Assembly (NCBI RefSeq): GCF_006345805.1
Contig: NC_043003.1
Coordinates: forward strand, 53,754,001 to 53,818,000
Source: Octopus sinensis
Taxonomy: Eukaryota
DNA: 64,000 nt
Direction: 5' to 3'
Positions 13,751 through 28,711 of this stretch are shown piece by piece. How positions within the stretch are numbered: the first letter of the stretch is position 1; every line of letters starts with the position of its first letter. Below the pieces are notes generated by a model, which had not been told where the DNA came from, made no database searches, and saw nothing but the letters and a program-made list of their open reading frames with translations. Position numbers and translations under genes: made by a program.

Positions 13751-14856
13751 GTTTGGAAATACCTTTTCTTACTTCTGTTGTTGTTTGAGTGTGTGGCATC
13801 TCTCAGTTACTATCTCAATTACACTATGTACTTCATATTTCAGTAGAAAGAAACCAATTTCATCTTATCACTTAAAACATATGAAGCCTAAATACAGCTG
13901 CTGTTGAGGCAAAAGGAATAATATTTAAAACACGCTCTCAATTTGATGTCATAAAATTCCCAATGGTCTTCACCCACACTTATCTTAACTTTTCCACAAT
14001 TTTTATACTTATCAAAGCATCATGAAACCAACAATATACAGGCATTGTATCTGAAAGAAGGCCTATGTCTTAATCTGCTTCACATCATGAAACCAGAGCT
14101 AAGCTCTGAATCTGTTTGAAATTTAGAAAACTTTGACTATTTACTATTAAATTTCAGTTACCCAAGTCCAACAAATAGATTTGTCCAAACACTGTTGCAG
14201 AATTTAGTCACTGTGTCTTGATTATTAACAAAGTCTACTTCAAATTCTGGTAAGTTTTAAAGTACAGATGAATTAATATTACTTATCAATAAAAAACCCA
14301 AAAAAAACAAAACAAAACTAAACACACAAAATTACTGAGCCTATAAATTCAAGAAGAGTAAACTCTACTTTGTAAAGTGAGAATAAGATGTCTTTTCAAT
14401 CCATTTTGTCAAAGAACCTACATCATACTAGGAATAAAGCCAATAAAATAATCCAACGGAACAGTAGAAGCCTAACTCATAGTATTGTTATTATATATGT
14501 TAGAAATACTATATATCTGCAATAGATTATAGAGCTGTTAGGGACATGAAAATCAGTTTCCTTTAAAAGCACAAAATGCAGTAGCTCTCGGTGTCAAGAT
14601 ACAATTATGTATATACCCACTTCACATATGAACTGGACACAATTAAAACCCATAAGTTACTATAATCTTTAATGGCTCTCATGTCAGTCTCATATCTACA
14701 CCATTGCTAGACTTGTATCTTAAAGATGAAGCCTTCTATTCAGACTCAGGAAATATGTCAGCTCTAGTCAGTTGCTGATTCTCTTCAAAGCTCAACCCAT
14801 ATTGGAGTATTGCTCACATATCTGGTGTGGTGCTGTTGCTATGCAAACATAGACAT

Positions 14857-15021
14857 GGTGCAGGAGTGGCTGTGTGGTAAGTAGTTTGCTTACCAACCAC
14901 ATGGTTCCGGGTTCAGTCCCACTGTGTGGCACTTTGGGCAAGTGTCTTCTACTATAGCCTCAGCCCAACCAGAGCCTTGCAAGTGGATTTGGTAGACAGA
15001 AACAGAAAGAAGCCCATCATA

Positions 15022-15073
<52 letters not shown>

Positions 15074-15281
15074 TGTGTGTCTGTGTTTGTCCCCCAACAT
15101 TGCTTGACAACCACTGCTGGTGTGTTTACGTTCCCTTAACTTAGCGGTTCAGCAAAAGAGACCGATAGAATAAGTACTAGGCTTATAAAGAATAAGTCCT
15201 GGGGGTGATTTTCTCGACTAAAAGTGGTGCTCCAGCATGGCCACAGTCAAATGACTGAAACAAGTAAAAGAGAGTAAAGAG
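14857..15281 (+). mobile_element. tRNA-type SINE family B, full length
   Basis: Head GCAGGAGTGGCTGTGTGGTAAG...GGTTCCGGGTTCAGTCCC (A/B-box-like), central (TA)n, AAAAGAG tail; other copies 501-883(-), 4247-4640(-), 19110-19400, 24998-25280, 29762-30168(-), 37075-37260(-), 57941-58340(-), 58385-58784(+). Confidence 0.8.
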
Positions 15282-16241
15282 TATCATAAAAAAAAAGAAA
15301 GCCATTCAAGTTATTGGCAAAAATTCACTTGCCAACACATTACAGCCACTAGTTCACAGATATGCTGTTTCTTCTTATCTCTTCTATCACTTCTTTAATA
15401 GTTTTTACCACTTTAAACTAGCTGTTAACTTTTTCTACTTCACTTTGACCCACCCAGTACTCTTGTTTTCATTTGTCGCTCCTGTTCTTCCTCAACTCCC
15501 AAATCCAGCACTAATCATTTTGCTCACTCTTTTCCCCACAGAATTGCATCTTCTGCATCAAACTCATCACTATGAGAGTTGCTACTATTCTTCTGACTGA
15601 CTTAAAAAGCAAAACCATTTAGACATTAAAAGACCTTTAGGCTGATAGCTGGTGTGCTTTGTCAGATTACTTTTCTTGGAGATGAGATAAATGTGTATCA
15701 ATAGAGTAAGCCTGGGATTATGTGGGACTTGCACAACTGAAAATTAGTAGCAAATAGTCAGTTTTCTTAGTCTCAGATAGATACAGTGCTTCACTCTGGT
15801 TTTATGATATGAAGTAGATAAGATATAAATCTTTTAGATACAATGGCTGTATATTGCTGGTGATATTTTCATGATATCTATTTTCAAAAACTTGAACTGA
15901 GCAATATAGAATAATTTATCCTGCCCACAACAATAAAATGTTTGTAGAGTATTCAAATTAACAAACCTTTGTAGTTCTATGCTTTTTTTAGCCACTTAGT
16001 CATTTTGCTTCTACGAAAAATGAATATAAAGCTATTGTAAAAACCTCTCACTAAATTCTGAATTGAGTGAAACAAATTTGTTTTATTGTCTGCTTATATA
16101 TGTTCATGGTTTATTGTATATGATAGTATATTTACTTGAAAAACTAAAATTATTAACATAAAATGCAAAATCAAAAGAAGACTGTTTTGATAACACAAGA
16201 GTTATTTTAATTTCATAATGATAAATTGTTTTTATTAAACC

Positions 16242-16745
16242 ACTAGCAGTATCGCCCGGTGTTGCTTGGGTTTGTAAGGGAAATAACTATATAAGCATTT
16301 TTAGAGAGTTACTTCCCTTATAGATGCCAATTCGGGCTTTCTTAGCCATTTCTGTTTTGGTGTCTTCAAGCCATGAAGTCGTTGTTCTAAAAGAACGCTG
16401 GTCTCCTTGACAACGCATTACGACGTTGATTTCCTTAAATTCCCTTCCCCATAGCTTCACGAGGGAGGGAAGAAGGGGGAGAAGCAAACACAGGTGCAGG
16501 TGTTTGAGCGTGGACGCCAACTCCGCCGCCATCGACACACGAAAAATTATGCATTAAAATGGAATAAAAAATGATGTTAAATTATTTTTAAAATCGTAGA
16601 CTCATCGTAGACGCGCGCTAATACTCAGACAGGCTTGATATTAATCACGACTATAAGATACCCGAATTTGGTTAAACTGCACCGCAAAATGTGGGAGGAG
16701 TTAGGAATCTAAATCGTAGGAGACAGACACTCACACAACATAGAT
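16242..16745 (+). mobile_element. Non-autonomous Helitron/Helentron-like (DINE-1/HINE-type) element
   Basis: 5' ACTAGCAGTATCGCCCGG.GTTGC..GGG, 3' ...GACAGACACTCACACAACATAGAT; GC/CpG richer than flanks. Confidence 0.5.
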
Positions 16746-16792
16746 ATTACAAAATATTGCAACTGCCTTAACATTTTGTGTTTCTCTTTCAG

Positions 16793-16909
16793 ATCAAATT
16801 AAATGGTTTTTCTAGTACTTCAGATGGTTGTTCAGATCCCAAACGTTTTAAAGATATTTTACCAGTAAATCTAGATTTAAAGCATGTTCTTGGTTCTATG
16901 CCACAAAAG
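16793..16909 (+). CDS. PFAS: PFAS exon 10
   Basis: ttcAG / GTATTT; IKLNGF...PVNLDLKHVLGSMPQK. Confidence 0.93.
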
Positions 16910-17288
16910 GTATTTTACTTTCAGTTACTTAATATGTTGTTCATTTTTCTACCTGAGTTGTTCTCCTCTTCTTAGTTTATCATCTTAATTCTCTCTTCTT
17001 GCATCTTTTTTTTCTCATTCTTTGTGTGGGTGGTTCTTATTTACTTTTTCATAAGAAAAGCATGAGTCCTCAGACAGAGCTGAAGACAACCCATCTAAAT
17101 ACACAGCAACTCCAATCATCATCGTCATCGTCATCACCATCACTATCACCACCACCATCACCATCACCATCATCATCATCATCATCATTTAAGATCTGTG
17201 TTCCATGCTCGCTTGGGTTGGACATTTGACAAAATCTAGCCAGTTTGAGGGCTGTGCTGGTCTTCATTGTCCTCATTTGGCAAGATTA

Positions 17289-17958
17289 AGGCAGCGAGCT
17301 GGCAGAAACGTTAGCACACTGGGTGAAATGCTTAGCGGTATTTCATCTGCCGCTACGTTCTGAGTTCAAATTCCGCTGAGGTCGACTTTGCCTTTCATCC
17401 TTTCGGGGTTGATTAAATGAATACCAGTTACGCACTGCGGTCGATATAATTGATTTAATCCCTTTGTCTGTCCTTATTTGTCCTCTCTGTGTTTAGTCCC
17501 TTGTGGGGAGTAAAGAAATAGGTATTTCATCTGCCGCTACATTCTGAGTTCAAATTCCGCCTAGGTTGACTTTGCCTTTCATCCTTTCGGGGTCGATTAA
17601 ATAAGTACCAGTTACGCACTGGGGTCGATATAATCGACTTAATCCGTTTGTCTGTCCATGTTTGTCCCCTCTGTGTTTAGCCCCTTGTGGGTAGTAAAGA
17701 AATAGAAATAGGTATTTCGTTGATAAGGCGGTGAGCTGGCAGAAATGTTAGCATGCCGGGCGAAATGCTTAGCAGTATTTCATCTGCCATTACATTCTGA
17801 GTTCAAATTCTGCCGAGGTTGACTTTGCCTTTCATCCTTTCAGGGTCAATAAATTAAGTACCAGTTATGCACTGGGGTCGATGTAATCGATTTAATCCAT
17901 TTGTCTGTCCTTGTTTGTCCCCTCTATGTTTAGCCCCTCATGGGCAATAACAAAATAA
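17289..17958 (+). mobile_element. tRNA-type SINE family A, concatemeric cluster
   Basis: Head GGC.G.GAGCTGGCAGAA...GAGTTCAAATTCC; body repeated three times; other copies 1130-1345(-), 3612-3820, 5905-6135(-), 7760-7950(-), 9118-9500(-), 29390-29770(-), 31775-31975(-), 42040-42290(-), 55595-55998, 56965-57090. Confidence 0.8.
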
Positions 17959-20097
17959 GATTTTTTTGGCTGGATGACCTTCCTAACAACAATCACTTTA
18001 CAAAGTGTACTAGGTGCTTTTTTTTTGCTTGGTCTCTACTAAGTAACATGTAAGACAAGACCCACTTCATAGAGTGGGGATACTGTATTTGATAAAAGAC
18101 ACATGGAGTTACATAGTGATGACGTTTATGGTTATGCAGCTCAGATATAGAAGTAATGATGAAGATGTAGCATTGGAACATTAATGTACCTGCCAATTAA
18201 CCAATTTTATCTTTACATATGAGCTCATTATAGTCATCAATAACTAAAAGAAATGCTGAGTGGGATCACTGCCAGAGCAGCTGTCTGGCTTCCATGCTGG
18301 TGGGCATGTAAAAAGCACCATTTGAGTGTGATCGTTACCAGAGTCGCCAGTACCGCCTGACTGGCCCTCGTGCAGGTGGCACGTAAAAGCACCCACTACA
18401 CTCTCGGAGTGGTTGGCATTAAGAAGGGCATCAAGCTGTAGAAACTTTGCCAGATCAGAATGGAGCCTGGCGCAGCCATTTGGTTCGCCAGTCCTCAGTC
18501 AAATCGTCCAACCCATGCTAGCATGGAAAGCGGATGTTAAACAATGATGATGATGATGATGATGATGATGATGTAGCTATGTCATCACCGCGACCACCAC
18601 TGCCGCCACCACTGCCACCCTCATCATCATCATTTAACGTCTGTTTTCTATGCTGACATGGATTAGACAATTTAACAGGAGCTGGCAAGCTGGAGGGCTG
18701 CACCAGTCTCTAATTGTCTATTTTGGCATGTGTGCAAATATATTTCTTTTGTGTTTTGTGTAAGTGATTTTATTCTTCTTCTAACCCATATCTTGTGTTT
18801 TGTTTCCTTTTAACTGGTTTAGTTTTGCTTATAAAAATATCACTCTAAGGAATTATCTAAATTTTTGTACTAAAAAGCACATTTTCAAAAATAGATAAAT
18901 AGATGAATTACTTCGCTTAGTATAATTATTGATTGATAAAATATTTGAATCTCCAAACTTCAGTAGTTTCTGAGGAAATCAGAATTGGCACCGAACCAGT
19001 AAGTCAATTAATTGAGCAAACTGGATTAAGAAGAGAAGCGCTTAATTTTATGGCCGTAGAATTAATGTATGTATGTGTTTGTGTGTGTGTGTGTCTGTGT
19101 GTGTATGTATGTATTGGTGCAGGCATGGCTATGTGGAAAGAAGTTTGCTTTCCACTACATGGTTCTGGGTTCATTCCTGCTTGTCGTCTTGGGCAAGTGT
19201 CTTATACTATAGCCCTGGGCTGATCAAAGTTTTGTGAGTAGATTTGGGATTTGGTATACAAAAACTGAAATACATCTGTCATGTATGTATGTGTGTCTTT
19301 GGGTTTGTCCTCTATCATTATTTGACAACCAATGATGGTTTGTTTCTGTCCCTGTAATTAAACAGTTTGGTGAAAAGACCAATAGAATTAAACTCTGCTT
19401 GTGAAGACCTGTTGAGGCAAGTGAAATCGACATCAAAATCAAATTTGATGACAGCACTGCATGACTGGCATCCGTGCTAGTGGAGCGCTAAGAGCACCAT
19501 CCGAGTGTGATCATTACTAGGGCCTCTGACTGGCTTCTGTGCCAGTGGCACTTAAAAGCACCCACTACACTCTCGGATTGGTTGGCTTTAGGAAGAGCAT
19601 CCAGCTCTTTTATACACTTAGAAGTGATTATTCACACTGTCATTACTCTGAGTTTCCTGTTATGTGCACTTGTTCAAATGAACACTCAGCTTTGAATGAA
19701 TGTGTGTGTGGTTGTGTGAGTGGGAGTTATAATTAAAATTATTTAGTTTTATTCATTGTTAAAATGTTTATATTGATGGAGTACATCAGGAAAAAATATT
19801 ATTATTATTGAGTGAGAGAGCAGTGCATGCCATCAAAGTGATGGGAAACGAAATTGAGACTTACGTGGTTTGAGCTTGGTAGTATTCAACTAGATGTTGT
19901 AGTAGATCGACTCCTTTCTTTGTGCAGATTTCATTGACTTTTATAAGATACTGCGAAAAAACAGAAGAAATTAGACAACGTTCATCTGCTAAAATAAGTA
20001 TTTTTTAAAAAAAAATCACTACATTACTGACCACCAGTAGATCATATCTTCATATAGTTAATGTATATTTAAGATTTAAGTTTGTAAATGAGAGACT

Positions 20098-21598
20098 AAC
20101 TATGGGAAGCTAGCAATGCCTAAATCACAGAAAGTATGGAAAACTAGCAATGCCAAAATCACAAAGTATGGAAAGCTAGCAGTGCCAAAATCACAAAGTA
20201 TGGAAAGCTAGCAATGCCAAAATCACAAAGTATGGAAAGCTAGCAGTGCCAAAATCACAATTTATGGAAAGCTAGCAGTGCCTAGATCACAAAGTATGGA
20301 AAGCTAGCAGTGCCAAAATCACAAAGTATGGCAAGCTAGCAGTGCCAAAATCACAAAGTATGGAAAGCTAGCAGTGCCAAAATCACAAAGTATGGAAAGC
20401 TAGCAGTGCCAAAATCACAGAAAGTATGGAAAACTAGCAGTGCCAAAATCACAAAGTATGGAAACCTAGCAGTGTCAAAATCACAAAGTATGGCAAGCTA
20501 GCAATGCCAAAATCACAAAGTATGGAAAGCTAGCAGTGCCTAAATCACAAAGTATGGAAAGCTAGCAGTGCCTAAATCACAAAGTATGGAAAGCTAGCAG
20601 TGCCAAAATCACAAAGTATAGAAACCTAGCAATGCCAAAATCACAAAGTATGGAAAGCTAGCAGTGCCAAAATCACAAAGTATGGCAAGCTAGCAATGCC
20701 AAAAGCACAAAGTATAGAAAGCTAGCAATGCCAAAATCAGAAAGTATGGAAAGCTAGCAGTGCCAAAATCACAAAGTATGGCAAGCTAGCAATGCCAAAA
20801 TCACAAAGTATGGAAACCTAGCAGAGCCAAAATCACAAAGTATGGAAAGCTAGCAGTGCCTAAATCACAAAGTATGGAAACCTAGCAGTGCCAAAATCAC
20901 AAAGTATGGAAAACTAACAGTGCCAAAATCACAAAGTATGGAAACCTAGCAGAGCCAAAATCACAAAGTATGGAAAGCTAGCAGTGCAAAACTCACAAAA
21001 TATGGTAAGCTAGCAGTGCCAAAATCACAAAGTATGGAAACCTAGCAGAGCCAAAATCACAAAGTATGGAAGCCTAGCAGTGCCAAATCACAAAGTATGG
21101 ATAGCTAGCAGTGCCAAAATCACAAAGTATGGCAAGCTAGCAATGCCAAAATCACAAAGTATGGAAAGCTAGCAGTGCCTAAATCACAAAGTATGGAAAG
21201 CCAGCAGTGCCTAAATCACAAAGTATGGAAAGCTAGCAGTGCCAAAACCACAAAATATGGTAAGCTAGCAGTGCCAAAATCACAAAGTATGGAAAGCTAA
21301 CAGTGCCAAAATCACAAAGTATGGAAAGCTAGCAATGCCAAAATCACAAAGTATGGAAAGCTAGCAGTCCCCAAATCACAAAGTATGGAAACCTAGCAGT
21401 GCCACAATCACAAAGTATGGAGAGCTAGCAGTACCAAAATCACAAAGTATGGAAACCTAGCAGTGCCAAAATCACAAAGTATGGAAAGCTAGCAATGCCA
21501 AAATCACAAAGTATGGAAAGCTAGCAATGCCAAAATCACAAAGTATGGAAAGCTAGCAATGCCAAAATCACAAAGTATGGAAAGCTAGCAATGCCAAA
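20098..21598. repeat. 32-bp minisatellite, ~47 copies, consensus AAAGTATGGAAAGCTAGCAGTGCCAAAATCAC
   Basis: Period 32 read directly (e.g. 20161 to 20193); a few 31/34-bp variants. Confidence 0.97.
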
Positions 21599-22671
21599 GA
21601 TTTATGTTGATGCTTATGGTATCTGATATGGCTAGAATAGGCCACACAAATACAACTTTAACTCTTGAACATTCAGATTTCTTTGTCAAATGTAAACCTT
21701 ATTTATTCACATTGTTTTGAATTAATCATGTATTTTCTCATAGCTTCACAATTTCTATGATGTGGTTGTTTATTTTTAGAATGACCTTGTAGGGTAGGTG
21801 TGAGACATTGGATCTGCTCAGTTTTAACATAAAACCAGGAGAATATCTGGACCAGAAATGGCTGGATTAAATGCTAGAGTTAAGCCCACTTTCACTATCA
21901 AAGCAGGGATTAGCCTAGGGGTCCCATGACTAAATGTTTTTGGGGACTATCTATCTTTTATCCTTTTCTTGTTTCAGTCATTGGACTGTGGTCATCCTGG
22001 GGCTCTCTTTTTAAGGGTTTATTGCATATACATTAGCAATAAGTAGATATCAGTTATTAGTGGTCAGTTACATAGTGACCTGGTAAACTTGAAATGCCAG
22101 TAGTGATGGTCATTATAATAGAGGACAGCTGATCTGTTGATGTCAGTGTTGGATTGTCAAGAAATATAATGACCAGCTGAATGGTAAAAATACAATTTTC
22201 ATTCTGATATTTTGTTCATTATATTGTCTATTTTGCAGTGGTAGTAAAGGTCAGACGAATAAATATTACTAAAGCATTGCTTTACAGTCAGATGCCCGTC
22301 CTGTCATTAAAGATACTTACTTCACATGCTTGTAACTGAAACATTTTTCTTTCTTTTTCCATCTCTTCTGCAATCTGCAACAAAGAAAAAAAGGAATTCT
22401 TCTGATTTTCATTTATGCATTACACTTTACCATTTCTCACTCTCTTTCTCCATAATTGTGTGTGCAATTACACACACACGCACAAAACATGTATGTATGT
22501 ATGACTGGATGGATGAATGGATGAATGAGTGAAAGAATGAATAAAATGACAATTGCCTTAGTGTTTAGCATGTCTGCACAATTTATGGTGTGTCTGGATT
22601 ATGATTCCAGTAGGCACTGAAAAACATTTTTGTCCAACCCATGCAAGCATGGAACATGATTATATGCATAC

Positions 22672-22728
<57 letters not shown>

Positions 22729-22739
22729 TACATATAAAT

Positions 22740-22784
<45 letters not shown>

Positions 22785-23139
22785 TACACACATACATATA
22801 TATGTAACAAAGACCATCTGATCGTGGCCGTTGCCAGCCTCGCCTGGCACCTGTGTCGGTGGCACATAAAAAGCACTCACTACACTCACGGAGTGGTTGG
22901 CGTTAGGAAGGGCATCCAGCTGTAGAAACACCGCCAGATCTGACTGGCCTGGTGCAGCCTTCGGGCTTCCCAGACCCCAGTTGAACTGTCCAACCTATGC
23001 TAGCATGGAAAGCGGATGTTAAACGATGATGATGATGATTATCTTATATTATATCATTATAAGATTGTAAATAAAACCTGAAAATCAGACAAGGTTGGAA
23101 TTCCTTTTATTAATATATTCTTCTATACACAATCACATA

Positions 23140-24882
<1,743 letters not shown>

Positions 24883-26042
24883 CTATATATGAATAATATA
24901 TAATATATTTATATATATACATACATATATATATGTATATAATAATATATAATATATTTATATATATATACATACATACATATATATATATGTATATGTG
25001 CAGGAGTGGTTATGTGGTAAGTAGCTTGCTACCAACCACATGGTTCCATGTTCAGTTCCACTGTGTGGCACCTTGGCCAAGTGTCTTCTACTATAGCCTC
25101 GAGCCAACCAAAGCCTTGTGAATGGATTTGGTTGATGGAAACTGAAAGAAGCCTGTCATATATATGTGTGTGTGTTTGTGTGTCTGTGTTTGTTCCCCCG
25201 AACATTACTTGACAACTGATGGTGGTGTGTTTACATCCCTGTAACTTAGCAGTTCAGCAAAGAAGACTGCTAGAATAAGTCCGGATACTTATTGATCAGG
25301 TCACATATGTCATAGTTGTCGTGGTCACTGCTGGTTCCATGTAAATGGCACCTATGTATTGTAGATATGATCATTGCTGGTGCCATATAAAGGGCACCTG
25401 TCTGTGAATCGTAGTAGTGGTGGTTGCTGGTGTCATGTAAATGGCACTCATGCTGGTGGCACATGAAAGCGCCTTTACATTCCCGGAATGGTTGGCCTTA
25501 GGAAGGGCATCCAGCCGTAAAAGCCATGCCAAATCAGACTGGAACCTGATGCAGCTTTCTGGTTCATCAGCTCCAGTCAAACTGTCTAACTCATGCCAGG
25601 ATGGAGAGCAGATGTTAAATGATGATTGATGACTGATCATGTGATTGACCAGGCTATCAGATGTTGTTACACATCGCTGGTCACAATGTGCTTCACATTG
25701 TTTTAACCTTCAAATGACAACACCCCGCTGGCTAAGTGAGCAGGCCAAAAGAAGAAAGAGTGAGAGAAAGTTGTGGCGGAAGAGTACAGCAGGGATCGCC
25801 ACCACCCATTTCTGATGCCTCGTGGAGCTTTAGGTGTTTTCGCTCAATAAACACTCACAACGCCCGGTTTGGGAATGGAAACTGCGATCCTACGACTGAG
25901 TCCGCTGCCCTAACCACTGGGCCATTGCGCCTTAACGAATGATGAATGATATGTAGGTGTATATATGTTTCTATTTATGTACCCCCCCACCCACACACAC
26001 ATTTATTTAAAACCTATATGCACTTTGTCTTTTGTTTTATAG

Positions 26043-26174
26043 AATTTCAAGCTTGATCACCTTACGTTGGACCTAAAGCCACTGTCACTTCCTATTGAAT
26101 TAACATTGAGAGAGTCCTTAGAGAGGGTTTTACGACTCCCAGCTGTTGCAAGTAAACGATATCTCACAAACAAG
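26043..26174 (+). CDS. PFAS: PFAS exon 11
   Basis: tatAG / GTTTCG; NFKLDHL...LERVLRLPAVASKRYLTNK; preceded by the longest intron (16910-26042, 9,133 bp). Confidence 0.95.
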
Positions 26175-26903
26175 GTTTCGTCATTGTTTTCTCATCTAAC
26201 TTTTCATTGCCAAACTATGACTCACACATCAATATTATATTATTTGAAATGGTAATTCAAATTAATCTTCTAATATATAGAATTTGCATGGCGAGCACTG
26301 TGACATAGATGCAGATTCTTAATGAGCTTTCTCATGATTGTGGTCATTTCATTTAATTTCATTTAATTGCTAATTCTCTTTGGAATAATATGAACTTCAA
26401 CTTTAAACCTCCTCTGTAAATCTGGACCCAAAGTTGTTATCATGTTTCCAGTGAATAAATGATCCATTCTTCATAAATCTTTGAAAAATATCACTAAAAG
26501 GAAAATGAAACAATTTTGTGAGGTTTTGGGAGGGTCATTATGCCAGTAATAAACACAAACACTGGTTTTATTTCCCTTTTTTTTTTTTTATTATTCTTAG
26601 TCAATTTGTTAACATTTAACAAATTAACTAACCAGTTGTTTGATTAATCATTTGATCAGTCAATCTATCAGATCGATTTGCCGAAATCTTACCTCGTCTT
26701 CTGCAATAACATATGCCCTAGACTTGAAGTGGGCCTAGAGTGGAAAGGGCATGTCATTGATGAGATTGGGTGGCCTTGTGCCAAATTTGAAACCAATGTT
26801 CCTTTGATATTTTAAGCTTATATATTTTTGAAATATTTTCTCAATAACTTTTAGTAGAAGACTTCTGTCGATATGTTTTTAGAACTTCTTTTATTCTTTA
26901 CAG

Positions 26904-27008
26904 GTGGATCGGTCAGTTACTGGCCTGGTTGCTCAACAACAATGTGTAGGCTATTTACACACACCCCTCTCTGATGTTGCAGTCACAGCTCTTTCTTATT
27001 TTGATACG
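26904..27008 (+). CDS. PFAS: PFAS exon 12
   Basis: tacAG / GTAGTG; VDRSVTGLVAQQQCVGYLHTPLSDVAVTALSYFDT. Confidence 0.95.
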
Positions 27009-27951
27009 GTAGTGAATTATGTTTTTCTAATTTATAAGTACGTTTTAAAGTAGAAGCTATCTTTATTTTAAAATATAACGTCTGAGTAGGATTACAAGTT
27101 GATGATTGAGAATAGCTGGAACAGAAGTAATGAAAAAGGTGTCAGAAGAAATAGATTAGATATTGGAATGTTATAGACAAGACCCATATAACTTAAAAGT
27201 ACTTGAAATAAGTTGTAGTGTATCTAATCCATTCATCATCATCATCATCATCATTTAACATCTGTGTTCCATGTTGGCATGGGTTGGACAGTTTGACAGG
27301 ATTTGATGTGTTCAAGGACTGCATTGTGCTTCAACATCTGTTTTGGCATGGTTTCCAAGGCTGGATGCCTACCACTTTACAGCATGAGCTAGATGCTTTT
27401 TCTAGTGCAATCCACACTATTGGGGGTTGCCATGCAGCATGTAGAGTTAGAAGTAGAGGCAGAGATGGGAGTCAGCTTCATGCTAGTGGACGAGGGCTTG
27501 AACTGTGAGAAGGGGTAACAGTGCAGGTTCTTGTAGAGGATCTGCATAGAAAAACAGACTAGACAGTAGAAGAAAAGCAATATACCTAGGTTGCAATGTG
27601 ACTCTTTTCTTTAAGCCCTTTGCTCCCTGTTGAGGAAGAGGAGAGAAAGAGAAAATGAACAGTTGCAAGAGATAATGGCAAGTGGTGTTTAGATGGTCTC
27701 ACAAGGCACAAACTTGAGAATATATAAAGTTGATTGTGATGTAATTTGAAATTTCTTGGTGTATTAAGTCTATATTATGCTGATAAAAATTATATGAATT
27801 TATAAAAGGAAATAAAACAAAAATTATAGATTAATGGAAGTAGAATTTCAATCTTTAAAAATCATTTTTGTATATATTTTCGTTTCTGAAACTGAAGAAA
27901 TGTAATCGATTTAAATATATTGTTCAAATATCATTCAAAACTATTTTCCAG

Positions 27952-28077
27952 GTTGGTTCAGCAACTGCAATTGGTGAACAACCAATTAAAGGCCTTGTTA
28001 ATCCATGCTGCGGAGCTCGAATGTCTGTTGGTGAATCATTGACCAATTTGATATTTGCTCCTGTTACTGCTCTTAAG
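27952..28077 (+). CDS. PFAS: PFAS exon 13
   Basis: tccAG / GTTTGT; VGSATAIGEQPIKGLVNP...ARMSVGESLTNLIFAPVTALK. Confidence 0.95.
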
Positions 28078-28349
28078 GTTTGTATCAAAGATATTTCTAC
28101 ATGTATTCATAGTTACTTAAGATTTTGATGTTCAATGACTCCGTAAATAACTGAAATGTATAATACATAGTGTATGTATGTGTGTGTATATAAGTATTTA
28201 TGTATGTATGTATTTATTTATTTGTGATTAGTCATATTTTTGAGGTGACAACTATACAGAAAACTAAGTGAATACTGGACAGGTAGAAGCAGCACTTCAC
28301 CAAAACTTGCACGCATATAAACTAACAAAACAAAGCACCAAGAATTCAC

Positions 28350-28578
28350 TTAACCCTTTAGTGTTCACATTATTCTGCCAAAATCAATGCTTCTTCATCT
28401 ACATGGTTTTGAACTAATAATGTATTATCTTGCAGCTATGAGATTTTGATGAGGTAGCTGTTAATTTTTAAAACGATATTGTAGGGTTGGTGTGAGGGAC
28501 CAGATCTGGCCAGTTTGAACATAAAACAGGCAGAATACTTTTGGCCAGATATGGCCGGTTTAAATGCTAAAGGGTTAA
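28350..28578. mobile_element. piggyBac-like MITE family 2 (TTAACCCTTTAG...CTAAAGGGTTAA)
   Basis: TIR with TTAA ends; diverged copies at 21658-21883, ~12530-12725, ~33525-33660 and 43530-43905. Confidence 0.7.
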
Positions 28579-28711
28579 ACATTTAAATTCTAATGAAACA
28601 TCATCATCATCATCGTTTAATGTCCGCTTCAGTTTAAATGATGAATTGTCTAAATACATGTTGAGTAGTAAATACTATGTCACACTGAATTGCTCACTTT
28701 CTTTGTTGTAG

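Noticed and set aside
14857-14935. tRNA genes at SINE heads
   Set aside because: A/B-box-like motifs only; no complete cloverleaf, and they continue into SINE bodies.
20098-21598. CRISPR array
   Set aside because: Units are directly tandem with no unique spacers, the context is a eukaryotic intron, and no cas genes are present.
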